A DNA stretch of 64,000 nt from Octopus sinensis (GCF_006345805.1 NC_043002.1:94736001-94800000), one strand, 5' to 3'. Positions 39,659 to 52,108 are shown, counted from the stretch's first letter. The notes: a model not told the origin generated them from the sequence alone. Translations and numbers: made by a program.

Positions 39659-40534
39659 AAATCTATATATGCTAGAAGTATTCCAGTTAATTAGGCCCTC
39701 AAAGAACTAGTTTGTTTTGCTTTAGAAGTATGTAATGAATAAATATTCGTGCTCTATCTTCCTTTTATCATTTCAGGTATACTCTGCAAAATGACGTATT
39801 TCTATTCAAGCTAAATTTCTCTCATCTACAGAGACTAACATTGTAAGAGTTTTATTTATTCCATTGTCCATCTATTAAGATCTATTTTCACCCATTAATT
39901 CCCATTAATTAACATATTATATTAATATAGCAGTTTCTATTTCAGGTCCTAGACAAAAGTGATTTATTGCAGAATGTAATATCCTGTCACATTTTCCACC
40001 TATTTATTCACGATGTCATTTATATTCACATTGTACATATATTTTATTATCATACAGTATTTCGATTACAATACAAACATCATAACTCTACCATTCACAC
40101 TACATAAATCTACCGTTTATACTGAGATAATCACTTTGTCTAAAGCATTGTAAATCTTCGAAATTCTTTTAATCCATTTTCTACCCAATATTCAGTATAT
40201 CATGATAGACATCATTTTTCACATTTAAATGCAATTTATATTTTGTTTTTTCGTTAAAGTTCTATATTAAAGCAAAATGTTGTATAAATTATTTTACTGT
40301 TTCCTAAGCATTGTGGTAGATTTCATCATTCATCCTTGTTATTATATCAGTAACAATACTTCAAGTGAACCACAGAAACAATAATTTTCGTTATATCAGA
40401 TTCTACTAGGTTGCCAATTCTGTTAATTACTGTAATATATTTGGTGTACTATAAGTGGTGAATATGTCACAGTGTGCCTTGTTATTTTAGAGTATGCCTT
40501 TTATTTCACAGTGTACCCTATATTTTACCTTGTG

Positions 40535-40958
40535 CTCTTTTACTTGTCTCAGTCATTTGACTGTGGCCATGCTGGAGCACCGCCTTTAGTCGAGGAAATC
40601 GACTCCAGGACTTATTCTTTGTAAGCCCAGTACTTATTCTATCGGTCTCTTTTGCCAAACCGCTAAGTTACAGGGATGTAAACACACCAGCATCGGTTAT
40701 CAAGCAATGTTGGCGGTGGAGGGGACAAATACAGACACACAAACGTATACACACACACAAACGTATACACACACACATACATACATATATAAATATATAC
40801 AATGGGCTTCTTTCAGTTTCAGTCTACCACATCCACTCACAAGGCTTTGGTCGGCCCGAGGCTATAGCAGAGGATACTTGCCCAAGGTGCCATGCAGTGG
40901 GACTGAACCCAGAACCATGTGGTTGGTAAGCAAGCTACTTACCACACAGCCACTCCTG
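40535..40958 (-). mobile_element. SINE family 1
   Basis: Homologous to 17549-17940. Confidence 0.85.
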
Positions 40959-41119
40959 CACTTGTGCTATATATTTTACTATGTACTCAGTTATTTCCCA
41001 GTGTACCATACATTTCACAATGTGTCTCATATTTTAACAGTGTATCTGATATTTCACTGTATGTCCCATTATTTCCCTGTATGCTCTATATCTAACAGTC
41101 TGCTTCATTATTTCACATT

Positions 41120-41529
41120 GGGATGTTTTCAGTTTGAACGGCGGTTTTTTCTAGCGGTGTCATATGAAATTATCACCCATAATTATGACCCTAGTATCGA
41201 TCTATTGCATTTCAATCTCTTTTAGGGTTAGGGTTAGGGGTGGGTGGAAGGGTATCTTTTTTTCTTCACAAATGTAAATAAACCCAATCTCTTTCTTAAA
41301 CGAGGGACATATTTATACGGCACAGAATGTTTTTTACCTCAATAGACGTCAGTGATTGGTTAAAATTAAAGAAAAAAAACAACAAATATCTTACAAACTA
41401 TAGAATTTTCTCAATAAAGCCAAGAGAAAAAGATGTTTTATAAACACATTCTACCAGTATACGAAGTTAAAAATGTTTTAGTTACCTAGAAATTATGTCA
41501 AAAACTGCTGTTCAAACCGAAAAGATCCT
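41120..41529 (+). mobile_element. GGGATC-ended TTAGGG MITE, copy 5
   Basis: TIRs present; 6-bp TSD CACATT. Confidence 0.9.
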
Positions 41530-42533
41530 CACATTGTGCCCTGTGTAGACTATTTTCTATACCATTAACACAGAGTCGTAAATTTACAGTCTACCAATTC
41601 TCCTTCAGACAGAACATTTCACTGCCTTCCTTTATCATTATCTTTGAAGATCTGTTTTCTACTGGTGATAAATTTCTCTCCTTCTCCCATCACTCACAGA
41701 GGGCCTGATATGGGTCATGAGCATTCCCCTTCTACTCGCAACTAAGTGATGAAAACAAAACAAAATAAATTAAATGGAGATAAAAAGTCAGTGTTATTTG
41801 TGTATAGTTTAGCAGATAGCATGAAGAGTTACAGGATAACAGTAAGTTGATGATATTTGGAATAAAAGAAAGTTCAATAGGTTAGCCAAATAGAGGAGAT
41901 ATGATATTTTCAGTGCATGGCTCAAGAACAAAATCTTAGTGTCAGCAAATAAGAAGCAGAGAAAATATTAATAAGTAGATTCTTTCAGAAATAGGCTGCA
42001 GATGATAGACTAGGAAGAACAGAGAATTGGTAAAGAAAGAAAACAACTTGAAAATGAGCCAAGATTTTAGTATGGAAAGAAGATATTCTTCTTCAGGAGG
42101 CAGTACAGCATACCAGTAACCAAGGAGTTGGAGTGTACCATTCTGAATATGAGAGTAACTTTCAACACCAGAAAATATTAGTGTCTTGCTTAAAGACATG
42201 CCGCACCACCAGGAATTGAACTCACGACCTTATGATCAGGGCCAAATACCCTAACCACTAAGCCACACATCTATCTATCTACACAGCTGATTAAATTATG
42301 ACATAAAATGCTCTTCAAGTGAACTGCTTTCATATATCTTCTGGATCTTCCTCTTTACCGAAATATTTTTCTCTGTTTTTCTCTCTCTCTCTCTCTCTTT
42401 CCCCCCTTTCTTTCACCCTCTCTTTCTTCTCTCCCTGACCTCCATTGGGAAATCTTGTAATTAATAAATCTTTGATTGCTTCATACTGATGAAATTCAAG
42501 TAAATTGAAACAGTTGTTATCAATGAATATTAA

Positions 42534-42755
42534 CCCTTTTGTCACCATATTTTTGTTGAGATGTTCTGTATTTCTTTCAATTAATTTAAAATAGAATAAA
42601 GAATCTAGTAAAATAACTTAGTTATCATTAAGCTGGTGTTAGGAGCATAAATTGTGACTAATGTTTGGTGGAAGATTTTAATTCAAAACTTATGAAAACA
42701 AGACATTTGTACTACAGAGCCACAGGCGGTTTCAGCCGGGTTGGTAACGAAAGGG
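42534..42755 (-). mobile_element. piggyBac-type MITE, family A
   Basis: TTAA|CCCTTT...AAAGGG|TTAA; reverse copy of 5003-5223. Confidence 0.85.
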
Positions 42756-42761
42756 TTAATA

Positions 42762-43490
42762 ATAATTTCCCTTTATATAACGGTATTTTCTCATAGCGTT
42801 TTTTCAGATGGCCAGATAACCGAAGAGATGGTGTTGTGGATTTCCACTTCGGCATCTGAAACTCAGAGTTTTATCTTGACTATTGAGTAATTGTACATGT
42901 TATTTTATAGATAAACTAGTAGTATCGCCCGGCGTTGCTCAGGTTTGTAAGGGAAATAACTATATAAGCATTTTTAGAGAGTTACTTCCCTTATAGATGC
43001 CAAATCGGGCTTTCTTAGCCATTTCTGTTTTGGTGTCTTCAAGCCATGAAGTCGTTATTCTAAAAGAACGCTGGTCTCCTTGACAACGCATTACGACGTT
43101 GATTTCTTTACACTCCCTTTCCCACAGCTTCACGAGGGAGGGAAGGGGGAGAAGCAAACAGGTGCAGCTGTGAGCATGGACGCCAACTCCGCCGTCATCG
43201 ACACACGAAAAATTATGCATTAAAATGGAATAAAAATGATGTTAAATTATTTTTAAAATCGTAGACTCATCGTTGACATGCGCTAATAGCCAGACGGGCT
43301 CGATATGAATCACGACTATAAGATACCCGAATTTGGTTAAACTGCACAGCAAAATGTGGGAGGAGTTAGGAATCTAAATCGAAGGGGACAGACACTCACA
43401 CAACTAGAGTTTTATATATATAGATTTCCTCTATTTACATAATATTGAGATCTCTTTCTTTCTTTTGTTATCTTACCGTTTTTGCCATAT
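42762..43490 (+). mobile_element. Fold-back family B sense arm interrupted by a Helitron
   Basis: Removing 42916-43424 restores GATAAA|TTTCCTC, the exact reverse complement of the intact arm at about 43560. Confidence 0.85.
42916..43424 (-). mobile_element. Non-autonomous Helitron-like element, copy 2
   Basis: Minus strand A|TCTATATATATAAAA ... GAGCAACGCCGGGCGATACTACTAG|T; precise A/T insertion with no TSD. Confidence 0.85.
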
Positions 43491-43506
43491 ATATATATAT
43501 ATATAT

Positions 43507-44160
43507 TGGCAAAAACGGTAAGATAACAAAAGAAAGAAAGAGACCTCAATATTATGTAAATAGAGGAAATTTATCTATAAAATAACATGTACAATTACTC
43601 AATAGTCAAGATAAAACTCTGAGTTTCAGATGCTGAAGTGGAAATCCACAACACCATCTCTTCGGTTATCTGGCCATCTGAAAAAACGCTATGAGAAAAT
43701 ACCGTTATATAAAGGGAAATTACTGTGTTATAATTCTGCTACTTATATAAAATAAGATTAAAATTTCATAATAAAACGTGGCTAGTCATACGCTCTCATG
43801 TGCGCTCGTGGAACCACGTGCATACTTATATGTCACTATGAAAACATACACATCTTCACTCGCATTTTTATATTTGGCGAAAAATGCGAGTGAAGATGTG
43901 TACGTTTTCATAGTGACGTATAAGTATGCACGTGGGTCCGCGAGCATATGACTAGCCATGTTTTACGTGTTTTACTATGAAATTTTAATCTTATTTTATA
44001 TAAGTAGCAGAATTATAACACAGTAATTTCCCTTTATATAACAGTATTTTCTCATAGCGTTTTTTCAGATGGCCAGATAACCGAAGAGATGGTGTTGTAG
44101 ATTTCCACTTCGGCATCTGAAACTCAGAGTTTTATCTTGACTATTGAGTAATTATAGATA
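43507..44160. mobile_element. (TA)n-flanked fold-back family B, long palindromic copy
   Basis: Arms 43507-43869 and 43880-44160 are reverse complements around a ~10-bp centre. Confidence 0.85.
44071..44140 (+). ncRNA. Hammerhead-shaped motif with atypical core (family B)
   Basis: GAUAA-CCGAAGA-GAUG...CAUC-U-GAAAC-UCAGA-GUU-UUAUC; stems I, II and III pair, but with U4C and one extra U before GAAA. Confidence 0.4.
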
Positions 44161-44173
44161 TATATATATATAT

Positions 44174-45024
44174 ATTGATGTTGACACCATTGATGTTGGT
44201 GGTGTCAACATCAATGGCGAGCTCCTCACCCACCTCTGTTTCGCTGACGACATCGTACTCATCACTGAAAACACGGATCAGCTTCAGACCATGCTGATGG
44301 AGCTCGACATCAAAAGCTCTGCAGGAGGTCTCAAGATGAATCGCATGAAAACAAAGTTCATGCAGTCAGACAACGTACCAACAGGTCAAATGGTGATCGG
44401 CAGTGATGAAATAGAGGAGGTAAGGGATTATGTCTACCTGGGACAGGAGGTAAATGTGTGCCGAGATGTCAAAAGGGAGATCTCATGGAGAGTAAGGGCC
44501 GGATGGAAGGCGTTCAATGGCATAAGGGATGTGCTCAAGGGAAGGTTGGACCAGACCACCTGCACCAACCTCATTAACAGTGCAGTTCTGCCTGCAATGT
44601 TATATGGTAGTGAAACATGGGCTACCACAAAGAGAGAAGAGCAAAGACTGGTAACAGCTCAAAGAGCCATGGAAAGGTCAATGCTTGGTATCTTGTTGAG
44701 AGAGCACATAAGTAGCGAGATCATCAGAAAGAAGTCCGGCGTGAGAGATGCCATCGCAGAGTATACACGCAGCAAGTATAGATGGGCTGAATACGTCGCC
44801 TGGCTCACCGATAATCGGTGGACGCACACAGTTGTTGAGTGGTACCCACGCGAGCGGAAAAGACCACCTGGAAGACCTCCACGATGGTGGAGTTACGATT
44901 TCAGGAGGACGATTGGGATCACGTGGATGAGAAAGGTGCAATCCAGAGAGGAGTGGACAGCGTGCTGTGACTAGCGGTGTCAAATGGACAGCTGATGGAC
45001 TGGTCGGTCAAGGTGATCAAGGTG

Positions 45025-45026
<2 letters not shown>
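44174..45026 (+). mobile_element. 5'-truncated RTE-1-type LINE inserted in (TA)n
   Basis: RT C-terminal ORF, short 3' UTR ending CAAGGTGAT x2, (TA)n on both sides, short inverted 5' junction. Confidence 0.9.
44198..44974 (+). CDS. Partial reverse transcriptase (C-terminal half) of an RTE-1-type LINE; no start codon
   Basis: Uninterrupted reading frame: THLCFADDIVLI, KTKFM, YVYLGQEV, LPAMLYGSETW, RWAEYVAW, WYPRERKRPPGRPPRWW. Confidence 0.85.
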   Translation, partial: GGVNINGELLTHLCFADDIVLITENTDQLQTMLMELDIKSSAGGLKMNRMKTKFMQSDNVPTGQMVIGSDEIEEVRDYVYLGQEVNVCRDVKREISWRVRAGWKAFNGIRDVLKGRLDQTTCTNLINSAVLPAMLYGSETWATTKREEQRLVTAQRAMERSMLGILLREHISSEIIRKKSGVRDAIAEYTRSKYRWAEYVAWLTDNRWTHTVVEWYPRERKRPPGRPPRWWSYDFRRTIGITWMRKVQSREEWTACCD

Positions 45027-45101
<75 letters not shown>

Positions 45102-45496
45102 ACATATATATATATAAAGTATATATATATGTAAAGGGATCTTTTTCTCAGACAAAAACCTGCAGCTTCTGGTTTTCCAACAATAGACATATATTAGCTA
45201 TATTGATCAAATTTTAGCACAATGCCAGCATTTTTAGGGGTGGGGTTATATCAATTACATCCACCCCAGTGCTTCATTAGTATTTATTCTATCAACCCTG
45301 AAAGAAGGAAAGGCAAAGTCAACCTCAGTGGAATTTGAACGTAAAGATGGATGAAATGCTAATAAACATTTCTCTAATGTGCTAACAATTCTGCCAGCTT
45401 GCTGCCTTACATGTGTGAAGTATATTATATTTAACTAAGTAATAGTGACTTCTGGTAAGATGATTCTCTGCTTTGCAAAAGAAATGAATGGATAAT

Positions 45497-45923
45497 GGGA
45501 TATTTTCGGTTTGAACGGCAGGTTTTTCTAGTGGTGTCATATGAAATTGTCACCTATAATTATGACCCTAGTATCGATCTATTGCATTTCAATCTGTTTT
45601 AGGGTTAGTTAGGGTTAGGGTTAGGGGTGGGGGAAGGGTATCTTTTTTTCTTCACAAATTTAAATAAACCCAATCTGTTTCTTAAATGAGGGACATATTC
45701 ATACGGCACAGAATGATTTTTACCTCAATGGACGTCAGTGATCGGTTGAAATTGCAGAAATTGAAGAAAAAAAACAACAAATATCTTACAAACTATAGAA
45801 TTTTCTCAATAAAGCCAAGAGAAAAAGATGTTTTATAAACACATTCTACCAGTATACGAAGTTTAAAATTTTTTAGTTACCTAGAAATTATGTTAAAAAC
45901 TGCCGTTCAAACGAAAAGATATG
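45497..45923 (+). mobile_element. GGGATC-ended TTAGGG MITE, copy 6
   Basis: TIRs present; 6-bp TSD GATAAT. Confidence 0.9.
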
Positions 45924-46499
45924 GATAATGAACCAACAGTTTGCAATGTTACAAAATTAATATCCTAAAACAATTATCTTGAATATGGTGGATCTCATCA
46001 AAATATCATTTTACAGTTCTAAATTGATGATATGGCTTTACCAATATAACAATAGCTTTACAGTTATATCACTAGAAAATAATTTATGGAAAAAGAAGCA
46101 AGCTTTATATTTTCTCTTTGAGCCTAGCAGAAGAGATTAAACTGCAGAAATTATAATCTACTTTCATTTGATATATTTCATTCATGTGTTGTTATTCAGT
46201 AGATTTATTAAGTTATATCATTGTCATTTTATTTTAATTTCATGGTTAATCAACTTTATTTAGATTATTGTTGCTGTTGTTTTCTTTTTTTTTAATGTGA
46301 CTCATGAAGGAAGATACATGATCTATTTTTAGTGCCTTCCACTTGGTGACAGCTTTTAATAATATAAGCTTAGCAAACTTAGGCTAACAGAAGCAGATCA
46401 AGGAAAGTTATAGCAAGGAGACAGCTGATAAGAAATGTAAAGATGCCCAAGATTTTCAGTACATATTTGTTATCGATTCATTTAATTCTTGAAGGAACA

Positions 46500-47155
46500 G
46501 AGGTTGAAAAATTATTGCTTTATTGACAGATAAACAAGCAGTTATAAAAGATATACCTAATTGATAGATAAACCAGCAATTACAAAATGATATATCTGAC
46601 TCACAGATGACCCAGCATTTACAAAAAAGATATACCCACGTTTATAAAAGATATATCAGACAAATAGATATATCAGAACTTGTAAAATGTTATACCAGAT
46701 TGACAGGTGAATTAGTATTTATATAAAGATATATCTAATTGACAGATGAACCAGAATTTATAACAAGATATACTAGTATTTATAGACCAGATTAATAACC
46801 AAACCAGCCAAGCTATATCAGCCTTTGCCTTTCTCTTGAATAACATCAGTGGCATGGAGAAGAGAGACTGGTATGCATTGGTGACTGCTGGTCTTCCAGA
46901 AATAATCTTGTCTGGACTTGTGCCTCAGAGGGGAACTTTCTAGGTGCAATCCCATGGTCATTCATGACTGAAGGAGTTCTTTAAGGTAGCACTTACAAAA
47001 GATATAATAGATTGATAGATAAACCAAAGGCTTATGAGAGATATAACCAGATTGATGGATAAGCTTAACTATAAAGAAGTACACTATATCAATAGATAAA
47101 GGTGTGTTTATAAAAGTTATACCAGGTTGATTGATGAACAAACATTTGCAAAATG
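46500..47155. repeat. Degenerate ~37-bp minisatellite (TTATAAAAGATATACCAGATTGATAGATAAACCAG-like), split by a repeat fragment at 46805-46985
   Basis: Units are visible on both sides of the GC-richer insert. Confidence 0.65.
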
Positions 47156-47169
47156 GTAAGGGCATCAAA

Positions 47170-48089
47170 TAGTAATTACAATAAAAAGTTCTTTTTTTTC
47201 ACTCATCGTACCTTTTTCAGTACCACTCATCGTACCTTTTTCACTCATCGTACCTTTTCCCATCTGAGCCAAATAGCATAAACTTAGATTCATCACTGAA
47301 ATGCACCGTTTGCCATTTTTCTTGAGACCACAACACATGTTCGGTTGCAAAGGTAAGATGACACTTTTTATTCTTGGAGCTGATCAGTGGCTTCACTGCA
47401 GGTGCTCTTGCTTGTAGGTCATGTTCAACTAAACGACAAGACACAGTTTTTCGAGATAAAGTTTTCTTCAATACAATGCTCATTTTCCGAGAAACAGCAG
47501 CAGCAGTTTTAAATCTGTCCTTTTTAACCAACTTTACCATAGCACGATCTTCTCTCTTTGTCGTTTTTCTTGGCCTACCTGTAAACTTTCTTGCTTCACA
47601 CGAACCACAATCATCGTAGACCTTAAGAATACCGTGTATAACACTTTTTGACTTGTTAACAATCTTTGCAATAAATCCAATACTTAACTTATCCTTCCTT
47701 CGAAGCTTAATAATCTGCTGATGAATAGGTAACGGAGTAAGTGGCATTATACTAACAAAGTACACTGCAAATATTCTTACTAATGTTTAGTAAACGAACC
47801 GTCACGTAAACAAATTCAAAACATTAGAGTTCGCTGGTTAAATATACTAAAACATGGAGTAAAAGCAACCATTCTGATCATTTTGGCTGCCATGGGTTTT
47901 GCAGTAAATCACTAAGTCATCCATAACTTTTGTATTATCCTCTCAAATTACACCAAAATCTCAGGCAATAACAAATAATATCGTATTTATTGTCTGTGAA
48001 AATTATAGAATATAAAACAACTTTGATAAAAAAATATATCTACTTTTCTGACGAAAACAATGCCGTTCTTAACATTTTGGTCGCAACTG
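47170..48089 (-). mobile_element. Tc1-family transposon, 5' half
   Basis: TA|CAGTTGCGACCAAAATGTTAAGAACGGCA terminus at 48089; transposase N-terminus present; the second TIR was not found. Confidence 0.85.
47241..47747 (-). pseudogene. Truncated Tc1 transposase (paired HTH, GRPR, first catalytic D)
   Basis: MPLTPLP...GRPRKTTKREDR...WQTVHFSDESKFMLFGSDGKRY, then truncation. Confidence 0.85.
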
Positions 48090-48621
48090 TATATATACAT
48101 ATATATAAATTCATACGCGCATACTACACACACACATACACATACACACACATAAATCTCAGCTGATTTAACAGAAGCAATAAATTACAGGACTCAATAC
48201 AGAAGTATTCTTTATTACATTATAACTGAAAGGCTCCGATTTCCTGTACTCAGAGCTGTTGTTTGCGACCATCAGCTGGTAAATGGAGCTTGGTTTTCTT
48301 TTGAATATCAACTGCCTGAATGTGTTTTGAAGTATGAAGTGCATGTTGGAAGAAAATGCTTATCTTATATTCTTTTGTTTTAAAACCTTTGTGAATAACA
48401 CGTGTGCAAACAGCTGCTTCAAGCTCATGCCTTTGATTTCATTTCTGGTTTTCATGGCAATAATCTTATAAGCATCATACCCTTCATACAGTCGAAGTCA
48501 GGAAACTGCATTGCCGTTTATGCAATGTTCCAAGATAATACCTTTGAATAATACTCTTAATTAATGTTTTTAAAAAACAATGAGTGTGTATGCAAGTGTT
48601 CATTTTGCATGCACCTGCACA

Positions 48622-48675
<54 letters not shown>

Positions 48676-49151
48676 CACATATGTACATTCATAGATACAC
48701 ATATATACACAGAATTATATATTCATGTATACATATACACAAATGCCTATATACATATACTCACACAAAAATCACAAGCCCACACATATTTAAAACACAT
48801 AACAATAAACATTGTTAATTAAACATCTTGAAAACCCAAAATTCCTGAAGGCTCGTATTTGAATAAAAGATATTTAGCCACATGCATACAAAGTGTTAAC
48901 AGTTCAGTTCTTTTTTTTTCAAATTGTTGGTACCTTGAGTTAAAACTCAGTTTTTCACTCAAACATCTTTGATTTGAGGCCCTCATTCCTGTAAGGTTGC
49001 ACATTATCTACAATAGACCAGGTAATTTTAAATTCATAGGGACTTGTCTCACACAAGAACCATATAAACTTCTACAAAGTTGTATCACATTTTTTGTTTA
49101 TGCTTGTAATAATTTTTGAATGTGAGTTCCATTGCCCCAATATATGTTTAA

Positions 49152-49370
49152 CCCTTTAGTATTTAAACCGGCCATACCCGGCCAAAATAGCTAATCTGTT
49201 TTATGTTCAAACTGACCAGATCCAGGCTCTCACACCTACCCTACAATGTTATTCTACATTAAGTAATTACACCATCAAGATCTTGAAGATATGAGAAAAT
49301 GCATAATTAATTTAAATCAATGGGAATCAACAGGTATTATGTTTGATTGAATAATCTGAACACTAAAGGG
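49152..49370. mobile_element. piggyBac-type MITE, family B
   Basis: TTAA|CCCTTTAG...CTAAAGGG|TTAA. Confidence 0.8.
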
Positions 49371-49594
49371 TTAAGGCTCACTACTGCTGAGGATTCAACT
49401 TTTGCACCGTTTACAATCAACTTTGCAACAGATACTGTTGAGTGTACAGTTCTAAAAACTTCTACATTCGCATGATCTTTGTTGGCTAGCTGTTTGCATT
49501 TCTTTACTACTTATGTTTTTGTAGGTTTAATAAAACACACACACACACACATATCATCATCATTTCATGCCTGTTTTCGATGCTGGCATGGGTC

Positions 49595-49656
<62 letters not shown>

Positions 49657-49731
49657 CATATACATATACATTACTACTTATGTATACCTTATTGTTTGTA
49701 TTTTTCTGCTACATGTGTATATGTATATGTG

Positions 49732-49822
<91 letters not shown>

Positions 49823-50001
49823 GTATGTATATATATATACTTTTTATTATTCTCAAGTGACAGAAGGACACAAATAAGAAAGTGTATATGTGTACTCATA
49901 TGTTGAGTTCTATTTTCTCTTGTTTGTTTTACCACAGCTGTGTGTGTGTGTGCACGCATGCGTTTGTGTGTGCATGCACATGTGTGTATGTGTGTGTATG
50001 T

Positions 50002-50042
<41 letters not shown>

Positions 50043-50194
50043 TATGTTATTGTGTTATTCAAGACTGAAGCTTCATTCCCTTACTACAAAGAAATGAGTA
50101 AACTCTATTACATGCTCTAAGTACTTTTCCTCTCTGGCACACTTAGATGACTTAAATGCATAAATATATATAGTAATATATATTTATAGTTATC

Positions 50195-50637
50195 CCCCCA
50201 TGTCGGTGACATGTAAAAGCACCATCCATTCGTGTCCGTTGCCAGCCTCGCCTGGCCCCCGTGCCGGTGACACGTAAAAGCACCATCCGTTCGTGGCCGT
50301 TTGCCAGCTCTGTCTGGCCCCCATGCTGGTGGCACGTAAAAGCACCATCCGTTCGTGTCCGTTGCCAGCCTCGCCTGGCCCCGTGCCGGTGACACGTAAA
50401 AGCACCATCCGTTCGTGGCTGTTTGCCAGCTCTGTCTGGCACCTGTGCGGGTGGCACGTAAAAAGCACCCACTACACTCACGGAGTGGTTGGCGTTAGGA
50501 AGGGCATCCAGCCGTAGAAACACTGCCAGATCTGACTGGGCCTGATGAAGCCTTCCAGCTTCACGGACCCCAGTTGAACCGTCCAACCCATGCTAGCATG
50601 GAGAACGGACGCTAAATGATGATGATGATGATGATGA
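50195..50637 (+). mobile_element. RTE 3' UTR variant with alternating internal tandem repeats and (GAT)n tail
   Basis: Five units containing ACGTAAAAGCACCATCCGTTCGTG, followed by the shared terminal UTR. Confidence 0.75.
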
Positions 50638-51084
50638 TAAATGGCAGTGCATCAGCATGGCCACAGCTCTGAGCTGAAACTAGAGAGAAAAAATAGTTAT
50701 CATCACCATCATCATCATTTTACATTTATATTTTTTCCTGCTTGTTGGTCAAATATTCTCTAGCACAGTCTTGCCACTTGTTGTGGTTGTTTGTCGCCTC
50801 CTAATATCAACCTTAATTTTTTTTCATATCTTCGTTATTTTTCTCCGCCTTCTAAAAGATTCCTTTTGCTTTGATTGCTTGACATTTCTCTACACAAGTG
50901 TCATATTTTGTTCACATCACAACTCAGTATTCACTATTACACACTCTATCTGATTTTCCTTATATCCAGTTTTTCTCTTGGCTCATTTGTTCTTTGTTGC
51001 TGAAGTACACTACTTATCCAATGAAGCAGGCTCACCTCATTCTTTTTCAGCCTTCACGTTTGTTTTCAGTGTCAGTGTTATGCT

Positions 51085-52005
51085 AACATGTAATATTGCC
51101 TGTGTGCAAGAGAGACGACTGTGTTGGTATGGTCATGTGGCGAGAATGGATGAGGATAGCTGTGTGAAAAAGTGTCACACCCTAGCAGTTGAGGGAACCT
51201 GTGGAAAAGATAGACCCAGGAAGACCTGGGATGAAGTGGTGAAGCACGACCTCCGAACTTTAGGCCTCACCAAGTAAATGACTAGTGACTGAGACTTTTG
51301 GAAATATGCATGAGATGACCTGGCAAGCCAAATGAGACCATAATCTCATGGCCTATGCCAGGGGCGTAACCAGCCCACTTATGCGTACCTTTTCCTTCTT
51401 TGGACACTAAAACTCTGCTTGTGAAGACTTGTTGAGGCAAGTGAAATCAAAATCAAAATCAAATTCTATGACTGGCGTCTGTGCTAGCGGGGTGCAAAGA
51501 GCACCATTTGAGTGTGATCGTTGACAGAGTGGCTAACCGACTTCCATGCCAGTGGCACATAAAAGGCACCATTCGAGTGTGATCGTTACCAGCGTCACCT
51601 TACAGGCACTCGAGTCCCATGCTAGTAGGGTGTTAAGAGCACCATCCGAGCATGATCATTGCCGGAGTGGCTATCTGGCCTCCGTGCTGGTGGCACGTAA
51701 AATACACCATTCGAGCATGATCATTACCAGCATTGCCTTACTGGCACCTGTGCCGGTGGCATGTGTAAAAGATTCAAGCGAGGTCGTTGCCAGTACCGCC
51801 TGACTGGCCCCGTGCCGGTGGCACATAAAAGCATCCACTACACTCTCGAAGTGGTTGGCGTTAGGAAGGGCATCTAGCTGTAGAAACTCTGCCAGATCAA
51901 GATTGGAGCCTGGTGCAGCCATCTGGTTCGCTAGCCCTCAGTCAAATCGTCCAACCCATGGTAGCATGGAAAGCGAACGTTAAACAATGATGATGATGAT
52001 GATGA
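51085..52005 (+). mobile_element. RTE-clade LINE 3' end (RT C-terminus, repeat-rich 3' UTR, (GAT)n tail)
   Basis: RRLCWYGHVARMDEDSCVKKC...VEGTCGKDRPRKTWDEVVKHDLRTLGLT runs directly into the UTR shared by about 10 fragments in this window. Confidence 0.85.
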
Positions 52006-52108
52006 TATGCAAACACCATTCAAACTACTCTTGACATGGAGACAAAATAACATCAGTCGTAAATGGCTACCTGATCTTTATACAGCTCATTCTGACTTTG
52101 GTTACTCT

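Noticed and set aside
39777-39842. 66-nt phase-2/2 exon candidate (YTLQNDVFLFKLNFSHLQRLT), LRR-like; also 48191-48278
   Set aside because: Splice sites are plausible but the LRR consensus is poor and no coherent gene model links the candidates.
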